In this document: positions 35,689 to 44,618 of the stretch, piece by piece
How the letters are laid out: the number at the start of each line of letters is the position of its first letter
Position numbering within the stretch: position 1 is the stretch's first letter
Origin: Trypanosoma brucei
Lineage: Eukaryota
Reading direction: 5' to 3'
NCBI GenBank assembly: GCA_000002445.1
Contig: CH464492.1
Span: forward strand, 64,001 to 128,000
DNA length: 64,000 bases
Translations under genes and position numbers: made by a program
Notes under the pieces: generated by a model
Told to the model about the DNA's origin: nothing
The model's input: the letters and a program-made list of their open reading frames with translations, nothing else
Database searches by the model: none

Positions 35689-38637
35689 GTGAGATTCAAG
35701 GAGAAGCTTTCCAGAAGCAGAACATTTGAGCGAGGAGTGCCACAAGGAACTGTCCTTGGCCCAATCATGTTCATTATTGTCATGAACTCGTTGAGCCAAC
35801 GCCTTGCAGAGGTGCCGTTACTGCAGCACGGATTCTTTGCAGACGACCTAACGCTACTTGCGAGGCACACAGAGAGGGATGTCATCAACCACACACTACA
35901 ATGCGGTCTAAACGTGGTGTTACAGTGGTCAAAAGAGTACTTCATGTCTGTCAACGTAGCGAAAACAAAGTGCACACTCTTCGGGTGTATAGAGCGCCAC
36001 CCCCTTACATTACAACTGGACGGTGAAAGAATAGGAGCTGACAGGACACCGAAGCTTCTAGGAGTAACATTCCAGTGTCTGCAGGGGATGGCAACACATG
36101 CGGCCGAAACGAGACGCAAGATGGACTTCCGACTACTGCAGATAGCAGCCATCTCAGCTTCTACATGGGGGCCAAGACGACAAGTACTGAGAGCTTTTTA
36201 TCTAGCACTCGTACAGGCACACACCATGTATGGCATTGAGGTATGGTACTGGGACGCTTCGGAACGAAGTCGCGACCTCCTTGCATCAGCACAACACAAA
36301 GCCAGTCGCATCATAGCCGGCATACCGCATGGGACGCGCAAAGAGGACTCTCTGCTGGAAGCAAACCTCCTGCCACTCAAGACGACCACTCTTGTGCGCA
36401 GCATGAAATTCATGCTGATGTGTGAGTCACGAGGCGGATGTTTGCGGCGCAGTGCTGAAGAAGTATACCACAGCAAACACCCAGTCAGAGCCCTACATTC
36501 CCGTATCATGCGGTCCTACCCCCACCTCCGCATTGAGCCACGCGAAAACCCACTAGAGACATCGACGCTCCGCCACAGCTGCCGACCGATATTTCACACG
36601 CAGATAAAGGCTGTGTGCGCTGATGACCCTGACGATGTCAAAAGGGAGGCTTCCGAAAAGTGGATTGAACGACATTTTGCACGGAGGGGGAAGGAGCCAC
36701 CGCGGCGAGAGCACTACGAATTGTGGACTGATGGATCCGTGTCCCTCGGTGAGAAGTCCGGAGCAGCTGCCCTGCTCTATAGAAACAACACGCTGATTTG
36801 TGCACCTAAGACAGGAGCAGGGGAACTTTCATGCAGTTACAGAGCGGAATGCGTAGCATTAGAGATAGGACTGCAACGGCTGCTGAAATGGCTTCCGGCA
36901 TACAGAACCACACCGAGCAGGTTGTCCATCTTCTCTGACTCGCTGTCAATGTTAACAGCACTGCAGACAGGCCCCCTAGCCGTAACGGACCCAATTCTAA
37001 GACGACTATGGAGGCTTCTGCTTCAAGTTCAGAGAAGGAAGATACGTATCCGACTGCAATTTGTGTTTGGCCATTGTGGCGTGAAACGGAATGAGGTTTG
37101 CGATGACATGGCCAAAAAGGCCGCAGATTTACCACAGTTGCGAGACACATGGATCCCCGACATCATTGCTTATGCGAAGCGAGTGCTTAGGTCGGAAGAA
37201 GTCCATGAGAACACTCATAGGTTTGGTATCACGGGCAACCACTTTCCAACAAAACATAAGGAAGAACTGACGAGGGAAGAAGAAACGGCACTGGCACGCT
37301 TTCGGGTTGGGTCTTCAAGACACTATGGATGGATGTTGCGAAAGATTAACCCGAGTGTGCCTCCACAGTGCCGATGGTGCAACCCGCAACATGCAGAGAT
37401 AGGGCCAACAATACAAACAGCCCCAACTGTTGCGACACGCACTCTTCAAAGAACCTCCGAACCGACCAAATGTACGGAATGTGATGCCACATACCAATGC
37501 CGCTCGAGTGCTGTAACGCATATGGTAAACAAACATGGCTTTGTGCGAGCTGATGCCCTCCGGAGGATCAAATACGGCGATGCAACACCTGCAGTGGATA
37601 TCCCCCCGGAGCCCCCTCCAGTGGTGGCGATCGTTCCTCTACCATCGAGCACACGAGTTACGATGAGACCGCAGGTGCTTCATTGTACCATCTGTGCCTC
37701 CAAATTCGCAATGCCAGGCAGACTACTACACCACCTTAGAACAATACATGGCATAGGCAGCGGTAGTTGCCGCGTGAAAAGGGGGCGAGAGAACGAGGAC
37801 TCAGAGCAAGGAGATGGTAGAGCCCCAGCAGCGCCAGCCTCTCAGGATACACGGAAGCTGCCGTTTCAATGTGACCTGTGCGAGGCGAGCTTCGGTACAC
37901 GTTCTTCCCTGACACTACACAAGAAATTCAAACATAAAAGCATAGTGACGGAGGACGGTACCGTGGTGTTGGTGCAATTCCCTCGTAAGCGTGCCCGTGA
38001 GGGAAACGTTGACGTCCCGGGGAAGGGCGAGGTGCAGTGCGGTGTGTGCCAAAAAGTGCTCAGTTGCAGGGACTCCCTCATCCGACACTGTAAGGCTTTC
38101 CACAAAGGTGAGGGAGTCGAGCTTAAATGCAGCAAAAGCACAAAATTGTGTGCCACTGATTCCCCGCATACAAACACATCCATGTTGGTGTGCCCGACAT
38201 GCGGAAGGCAGTGTGCTAGCAAAACTGGCCTCACCCTACATCAAAAGAAGATGCACGGTATGAAGGTAGAGCGCGCTGTTACCAGCCAACGCGGCGACTG
38301 CGAAGAAACGTCGCTGCACTTGATGAGCTGTCCCGGTTTGAAGGAGTTACGTGTCAGATTTGCGGTAGAAGGTGAGTGTGTGCAGGATGTATGTTTCTCC
38401 AAAAGGCTGGCGCAGTTTCTCATTGCGGTTGAACGGAGCCGGCCGCAGGTGAAGTCCTCACCTAAGGTAACAGTCATACAACCCACTCTCCCTTCTGCAA
38501 CTTCCCCCCTTATTGCCGAGTGTGGAGCCAGCAGGAAAAGCACCGGACGCAGGAATAGTCCAGACACCCTCAGAGACAGAGGAGGTATGCAGTCAACAAG
38601 CAACAAAAACAGAAACAGAAAGAGGGGGAGAGAATAA
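35689..38637 (+). CDS. ingi polyprotein C-terminal segment (reverse transcriptase, RNase H, C2H2 zinc-finger domains), 982 aa
   Basis: Has the RT YxDD box (GFFADDLTLLA), an RNase H segment (ELWTDGSVSLGEKSGAAALLY…CSYRAECVALEIGLQ) and a Cys2His2 cluster (CTICASKFAMPGRLLHHLRTIHG; CDLCEASFGTRSSLTLHKKFKH). Confidence 0.85.
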   Translation: MRFKEKLSRSRTFERGVPQGTVLGPIMFIIVMNSLSQRLAEVPLLQHGFFADDLTLLARHTERDVINHTLQCGLNVVLQWSKEYFMSVNVAKTKCTLFGCIERHPLTLQLDGERIGADRTPKLLGVTFQCLQGMATHAAETRRKMDFRLLQIAAISASTWGPRRQVLRAFYLALVQAHTMYGIEVWYWDASERSRDLLASAQHKASRIIAGIPHGTRKEDSLLEANLLPLKTTTLVRSMKFMLMCESRGGCLRRSAEEVYHSKHPVRALHSRIMRSYPHLRIEPRENPLETSTLRHSCRPIFHTQIKAVCADDPDDVKREASEKWIERHFARRGKEPPRREHYELWTDGSVSLGEKSGAAALLYRNNTLICAPKTGAGELSCSYRAECVALEIGLQRLLKWLPAYRTTPSRLSIFSDSLSMLTALQTGPLAVTDPILRRLWRLLLQVQRRKIRIRLQFVFGHCGVKRNEVCDDMAKKAADLPQLRDTWIPDIIAYAKRVLRSEEVHENTHRFGITGNHFPTKHKEELTREEETALARFRVGSSRHYGWMLRKINPSVPPQCRWCNPQHAEIGPTIQTAPTVATRTLQRTSEPTKCTECDATYQCRSSAVTHMVNKHGFVRADALRRIKYGDATPAVDIPPEPPPVVAIVPLPSSTRVTMRPQVLHCTICASKFAMPGRLLHHLRTIHGIGSGSCRVKRGRENEDSEQGDGRAPAAPASQDTRKLPFQCDLCEASFGTRSSLTLHKKFKHKSIVTEDGTVVLVQFPRKRAREGNVDVPGKGEVQCGVCQKVLSCRDSLIRHCKAFHKGEGVELKCSKSTKLCATDSPHTNTSMLVCPTCGRQCASKTGLTLHQKKMHGMKVERAVTSQRGDCEETSLHLMSCPGLKELRVRFAVEGECVQDVCFSKRLAQFLIAVERSRPQVKSSPKVTVIQPTLPSATSPLIAECGASRKSTGRRNSPDTLRDRGGMQSTSNKNRNRKRGRE

Positions 38638-38910
38638 TAAACGAATAACAAAAAACAAAACAAAAGGATTGCTAATTGACATCTTTGGGAGAGTCCGGGG
38701 TGAGGGGGGCTTCTCGCCCCATCTACTGTATTCCGTTCAACTGCGGAGCTACAACAAAAATTATAGAGGGTGTGTTAGGATGAATAAAAAAGGGAGACTC
38801 TGCCACAGTCGCCAGACCGATAGCATCTCAGGGCTCTACGGTGATGGCTGATGGCCGCGCCAGTTGGGAGAAACTCTCACGAAGGCACGAAGAAAATTAA
38901 AAAAAAAAAA

Positions 38911-38925
38911 ATAAGCAGCATTGCT
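38911..38925 (+). repeat. Target-site duplication (right copy) ATAAGCAGCATTGCT
   Basis: Directly follows the ingi poly(A). Identical to 33635-33649. Confidence 0.8.
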
Positions 38926-39183
38926 TGAAGTAATCAGCAAGGAAAGGACTTTGTACACATTTCCCTATACTCCCTACAGTCACTCTATATTAAAAAGCCT
39001 TATTTTCTAAAATTTAAGTCACAGCATCGAGGAAATATCTACACACTTACCATTGCTTTCAGTAAAAGTTTAGAATGTTACTTTAACGTGTCACTGACTG
39101 AACATTGACTGAATTACAAGTCTTTCGTCAAAATTCCATTCCACTATTTCTATTGATTTAAGTGCTTCTTTTTCCCAGATCAT

Positions 39184-39610
39184 TTAGTCTTCACCACCCC
39201 TCTTATTATAAGGTTCGTATACACACTCACAACACTCTCCTGTTATTATCATCATTATTATTATTACTATCATTATTACTGCTCTTATTATAATATTCGT
39301 ATATACACTCTCACTCTCACAACACTCTCCTATTATTATTATTATTATTATTATTATTACTGCCCTTATTATAATATTCGTATATGCATACTCACAACAC
39401 TCTCCTATTATTATTATTATTATTACTGCTCTTATTATAATATTTGTATATACACACTCACAACACTCTCCTATTATTATTATTATTATTACGGATCTTA
39501 TTATAATATTCGTATATACACACTCACAACACTCTCCTATTATTATTATTATTATTACGGATCTTATTATAATATTCGTATATACACACACTCACAACAC
39601 TCTCCTATCA
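39184..39610 (-). repeat. Tandem array of ~6 70-bp repeats in reverse orientation, with long (ATT)n tracts
   Basis: Repeated units of cttattataatattcgtatatacacactcacaacactctcctattattattatt… This is the only multi-copy 70-bp array in the window. Confidence 0.9.
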
Positions 39611-39822
39611 TTATCGTTACATCACTATTTTAATGCTAACAAGTATCCATAAGTGACTTAAATAAACAAAATAAAGTAAATTAGAATAACACTAACTTGT
39701 CATACCATTATCCATACTGCTGTTGAACCACACGCTACATTAATACCAAATTGCAAACTTTAAATATTTTGAATTTTTTAGTTATCATGGTGTTCGCGAA
39801 TTTTTATATTTGCATTTAATAG

Positions 39823-39838
39823 TGTTAAAATATATTAA
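39823..39838 (-). promoter_or_regulatory. VSG 3'UTR 16-mer variant (TAATATATTTTAACAC, minus strand)
   Basis: The + strand reads gtgttaaaatatatta. It lies downstream of the GPI-signal remnant of the minus-strand VSG pseudogene. Confidence 0.65.
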
Positions 39839-39929
39839 ATCATAGTATATTTAGAAAATTATCTAAAAAAATTTCATAATTATTATAAAATTGAGCAAAA
39901 ATCCTTAGAGTTCTGGAATACTAAAATTC

Positions 39930-41447
39930 TACCTAAACTACAAATTGTGGTGAGAAAAGAGCAAATTTTCTATTTAAGAGAATGATTGAGTTTTTTAAAG
40001 CATTATTTTTTCTATTTTCAGCCAAGAGCCTTGGCGCAGTCTATTTCTAATTTCCTTTTACTTTTTTTGTAGCTGTTGTCTCTGCTTGCTCCATCTTCTG
40101 CTACCGCATTTAACTGCTCTGAAATTGGTTTTTATCTATTTCGCACTCCCCTTTCCCGCTTTCCCCACCTTTCCATATGCAGTTAGCATCAATACAAGCA
40201 GCTTTGTTGTTTTTGTGTGCGGTGAAAATGGCTTGTTATTTCTGTGGGTTTCCCGCGCCCTTTTGCTCTGTTTGGGCCTGTGCCTGCGACAGGGGTGGGA
40301 CCAGTTTGCCTATAACTGCCGCCTGGTAGACTGCTATTGCTTTTGCGTAAGTTGTTTCTATCGTTGCTGCGTAGAGGCTTTCTTGAGCTTGCTGCAGCGC
40401 TCTTTTTTCAATTGCTACTGCTGCTTGGCGCATCTTGTTGTACCACGGCTGTGTTTCGTGTGTCGTTGTTGATGACTTCTTGAAAAAGTTTGTGTACTCG
40501 ACGCAGGTGTTGCCGGCCGTCCCGGCGCATTCGCTCCCTGTGTTGCTGCTTTTGCCGATCCAGACGCTGTTGTCACTTGCTGCTCCTTGTTGTGTGAGGC
40601 TGCCGTGCCAAGCTTCCAGTGCAGCCGCTATTTCGTGGGGTGTGATGACGTTCTCAGTGTTTAGTGCGCACGAAGCTTTGAGGTCCGCCCATTTTGTTGT
40701 GATCGTCCCCTGATTGTCTATTTCCGCACCGGTAAACGCGCCGCTGCATTCTTTTGCTGCGCCCCCGCTGCCGCCGCGCATACAGAGAAAATCGCCACTG
40801 ATCGACTTTCGCTTGTCGTCGCCGTTGCAGTGGCTTGCCCAGTTGCTGCCCGTACCAAAGCTTGTTGATTGCGTGAGTGCATCTGCTGCCGCTCCGTCTT
40901 CGTATAGTGCTTCACGAAGCAGTTTTTGGATGTTGTTAGTCTCGTCGTTTGTTATAAAGTCCTTGGCTGCCTTCCACTTCTTGCTGATTTCGACTGCTTT
41001 CGCTGTTAACTCCAGGAGGCGATTGTGGGCTGCGAATTGCTGTCGAGCGTCTGCTATTGCTGGGAAGTCTTTGTCTTCCTGTGTTCCAATCTTTTTCTTC
41101 TCCGCCTCCTCTTTGTCTGTTCGCCACGCTCCCCAGGCTGCTGCTCCTCCGAGTGCGCCCGCCTCTTTTTTGCCTTCTGCCGAGAGCTTTTCGTATGCGT
41201 TGCTATTGTTCTTTGAGTTGAACAAAGCGTGCCATTCTTTTGGTGAAGTTGACATGTTGGCTGCTCTTAGTGTTGCTATGTGGGTTTCGATATTTGTTGT
41301 TACGGTCATGTCTGAAAGTTTGCCAGTGGCCGCTTGCAGTAGCCTACACATGGTCCGGTGTTCGCGGGCGTCTTCGTCTGCTGCTCCTTCAGCTGCCCGG
41401 CCCACTATTAGCAGGAAAAGAAGGTGGTTAAATTGTTCTTTCTTCAT
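39930..41447 (-). pseudogene. VSG pseudogene with a frameshifted C-terminus
   Basis: ORF 40236-41447 (403 aa) has a signal peptide and N-domain (MKKEQFNHLLFLLIVGRAAEG…GDFLCMRGGSGG). The downstream reverse complement encodes a C-domain (ACIDANCIWKGGESGKGECEIDKNQFQSS*) and, in a third frame, a GPI-signal remnant (NSIILLNRKFALFS). Confidence 0.75.
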
Positions 41448-43069
41448 ATCCTTTTTTTCTTGATCCTATGTGGAGAGTTAGAGCAAACACTTCCATTGCA
41501 CGAACTTGCAAGCAACTCGTGGTATTTGTGTTTCCGCGCTGTCAATGTTTCGGAAGTTTATAAGGCAACTTTTTTGCCAGAGTCTTTCTGGTGGCAGCTT
41601 TTGGCCTCCTTTGCTTTCGAAAGATGGTTTTTATACATGTGCGAGACGTCTTTCGCTGATTTCTTTTTGGTCAATTACCGCCTATTTCTACTTTATCGTG
41701 TTCCTCGGTTCCTAAATACCCTCTACGAAAATCTCTATTACTTTATAAAAATTTCCCCAAAGCAAAATCTCCCCCTTTCCCTCTTTTATTTCTATGTTTT
41801 TCTAATTTTCTTTTCTTATCTTTTTTAAATATCCCGTATTCGCCTCTGAGCTACTGCAGAAAAATACACTTTCTTGCTCAATCAGGGGGCTTTAGTCACT
41901 ATTTACCGATACAAAAGTTTTTTCAGTAACTGTGCTGTATATATCACCTATTTTCACGTAAAGATGTTTGTTTTATGTGATAAGGCTGCTGCTGATTGCC
42001 GGCTCATCGCGAATGCTAAGCAAATGCAGCTGCGAGTATACTCTCTAAATTCACCCCAACCACCGCTTCTTAGTTTCTACTGCATTTTCCAGTATATATT
42101 CTATTTTGTGCTTCGGGTTTGCACCAAGCAGCTGAAACACTCTTTATAAGTCTATTCTGTTTCAAACGCAATCTGTACGGCGCCGTCGCCTCCTTATATC
42201 TTTACAATTATTGCTTTTCTTTACTCTTAACGATGCATAGAGGTGTAAGAGGATGAAATGCTACTTGAAAATAGCTGCTTTTTTACTGATTTCCTTCTAC
42301 TAAGATAAATTCAAACTCACTCTTGTATGTACTCTTTTGTTTAGTGTAGTTAAGCTACCATGTAAGTTGTATTTTTCGTACCATTATCTGCTGCATTCCA
42401 TGAATCAATAGAATTATCGCTCGTATCTGGTAAATATTTCCATCCACTTGAGTTTAGCGTCTACTAAGGATCGCCGTTTCTACAGTATTTTTTTACTGCT
42501 CTTATTTCTGACTGTATTTTACTTTTGACGCGTTTTGTTTTGCTTAATGTAGATATTTATGAATTTCGTGTCAGGTTTCATGTGCTTTCGCAAGGTTTTG
42601 TGCAATTGTTAGCTTTTTGGTTTTCTATCACCGCCAGCTTGAGTAGTTAATTCTGTTACAAAACGTATTTTTAGACAAATTGCACGCTCTTTATAAGGTG
42701 TGATCTCTGCTCTTGATACCTTTTTTAAATAAAAGTTCTCTATCCGGAATTAATGCATTCTTTGAATTGGTCTTTAGAACATATTTTCCGTGGTACATTT
42801 AGTATACTTTCACATGTACTGCTTCTTTGTGCTAAATGTAGGAACAGAAATTGACCCTTTCAGTGAATTCTGTATCTCTATAATTATATCCCTTATTCTC
42901 TTCTTTTGTATAATGATGATCTTTGTCGCATTTGTGTTTGAAACTGCACATATTCCATGCCCTCTTCTTTGTCTTCTCTTCATTACCATCCCATTTCCTT
43001 ATTCTCATGGCACACCTTTCACTGTTTTGAGTACCCATATTTTGGATATTCACTTAACTTTAAGTTCTC

Positions 43070-43165
43070 TTATTGTAATTTTTGTATATACACACTTACA
43101 ACACTCTTCTGTTCTCATCATATCATTTTTATCATTATTGCTGTTATAACCCTAGCTAATATTCA
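43070..43165 (-). repeat. Degenerate 70-bp repeat copy, reverse orientation
   Basis: tttgtatatacacacttacaacactcttctgttctcatcatatcatttttatcattattgctg. It is ~1.6 kb upstream of the minus-strand VSG pseudogene ending at 41447. Confidence 0.6.
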
Positions 43166-43416
43166 TAAAATCATAAAGTGACACAGTTTTAAAATTTCAA
43201 AATAGCACTCATTTTCAGTGCCCTATGACCTTACTACTTTGCGCCCATAGGCCACTATCTCAGCAAAATTCTATATTTTCAAGTCTTTAAAAATTTTCAA
43301 ATTTTTCCACTTCATTAAAAAAATTATAATATATCAACTTCTAGAAACCTCTCTCAATATAGCAAATTTTCATAAATTTCATAAAATTAACAAAATATTA
43401 TAAAAGTTTTAGAATG

Positions 43417-43830
43417 CTAGAATGTTAAAAAACTCAAAAAAGCAGAAGTTATACTCAGAGAAAATTTCTGATTGGCGAGGAAAATACCGTTTCGGTACTT
43501 TTCTGTATCCTTATCGTCTTCGCCATCTTTACCCTTCCTAAATGCACAATTTTTCTTGTCTCCTGTTTTGTCCTTTTTACAATCAGGCTGATTATGGTGC
43601 CTTGCACATCCAGTTGTAGCTACTTCCCCTGCAATTCCATCTCCTTTTTCTAGCTCTGTGGTTTCCGTTCCTGCCTTAGGTTTGCACTTGTTACCATCTG
43701 TGCTGTTTCCGATATAAACGCAATGCTCGCTTGGGCATTCTACTGCAGTTGTGTTTTTTAGTTGCATTTATTATGTTCCTCTACTGTTGGCTTTCTGCTT
43801 AATTTTTGCGGTGGAGTTATGCCCGTGGTA
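43417..43830 (-). pseudogene. VSG C-terminal-domain fragment (3' donor fragment)
   Basis: ORF 43417-43767 gives …GCARHHNQPDCKKDKTGDKKNCAFRKGKDGEDDKDTEKYRNGIFLANQKFSLSITSAFLSFLTF*, a C-domain plus GPI signal. The overlapping ORF 43758-43970 adds …KPTVEEHNKC. Both match the C-terminus of the VSG at 25244-25633. There is no N-domain upstream. Confidence 0.7.
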
Positions 43831-44215
43831 ATTACGGGGCCCTGTATTAATATTTTTGAGGGCTGCCGCCGGATCTTTCGGGGCATGGGGTTGCGCCTGC
43901 ATTGCTCTGCCGACACTGCAGTTAACTGTTCACCGCCTCCCCTTGCTTTGGCTAAGTTGCTGTACCGCAAAATGACTTGTCCAGCCTGCTACATCGGCTG
44001 GTTTTAGCTGCCGAACTCCATATTCTTCCACTTCCAAATATTAAGATTTTTTCGTTAGCGCCCCTTGAAGAGCAAATCGTATGGCGGAGCGAAACTGCCA
44101 CAAGCCAGCGTTAAAAATAAATTTGAAGTCGCGCGCAGTAGAAAGTGCAGAGCTGAGATTCACCAAAGAAAAAAAGTAACAAGTCGAGACGACGGTGTGG
44201 GTGAACAAAAAAGAG

Positions 44216-44600
44216 CCGCTGCATCGCTAAGGAAATTTTTTAAAAACTAAAGTCGCGAAGCTTCACTGCTAGTAAAAAAATTATTAGTAAGAGGAGAAAT
44301 AAACATAACCGTAACCCGAATAACCCTCTCTAGCCTCCCTGTCTTTTTTCCTTCTTCCTACCTCCTACTTTCTTGTATTGGCGGAAAAAATAAACAACAA
44401 AAATTAAACTAAAGTTGAAAAATTAATGAAAATTGAAAAATCAAAACTCAAAAACCGATAAAATAAAATTAAAAAAACATAAAACCTTGATTCAAAAAAT
44501 TCTAACCCTAAAAAATTCAAAAAAAATGTGGAACAAAAAGAGAAATTTGACTCATGAAAAAAATTAACACGCACAGGAAGCTCAAAAAGATTAATAATAT
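44216..44600 (+). repeat. VSG 3'-flank module: GAGCCGCTGCATC motif, truncated telomere-type hexamers, C-rich block, A-rich tract
   Basis: agagccgctgcatcgcta at 44215-44232. aaccgtaacccgaataaccctctctagcctccc at 44299-44331 (compare aaccctaaccgaataaccctaaccc at 7969). A-rich low complexity at 44390-44600. It has the same order and orientation as 7743-8300 but lacks the long CCCTAA/29-bp block. Confidence 0.7.
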
Positions 44601-44618
44601 TTCCGGGTAACTTGCGTG

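Larger units (their letters stand above)
33650..38910 (+). mobile_element. ingi: ingi non-LTR retrotransposon, copy 2, full length (5,261 bp) with poly(A) tail; coding capacity interrupted twice
   Basis: It starts at ccctggcgatgccggccacc and ends in A13 at 38898-38910. It is flanked by a 15-bp TSD. ORFs 33610-34479 (2A-like motif plus AP-endonuclease), 34492-35664 (RT N-terminal) and 35689-38637 (RT with FADD, RNase H, C2H2 zinc fingers) are collinear but separated by in-frame stops near 34480 and 35665. Confidence 0.9.

Noticed and set aside
36198-36509. Antisense ORFs inside the ingi elements (36198-36509 -, 36806-37150 -, 37866-38234 -, 20464-20832 +, and others)
   Set aside because: They lie opposite the well-supported ingi polyprotein frames and recur only because the two ingi copies are near-identical. 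They are typical spurious antisense ORFs in GC-balanced coding DNA.
39184-39610. A regularly spaced direct-repeat array that superficially resembles a CRISPR array. The 29-bp repeats at 8016-8130 look similar.
   Set aside because: The units are the ~70-bp AT/TAA-rich VSG-associated repeats and the telomere-derived 29-bp repeats of a trypanosome, in eukaryotic sequence. There are no unique spacers, no cas genes and no prokaryotic context.
40714-41463. 249-aa plus-strand ORF, Ser/Ala-rich, overlapping the minus-strand VSG pseudogene
   Set aside because: It is the opposite strand of the VSG N-domain at 40236-41447. It has no independent support.
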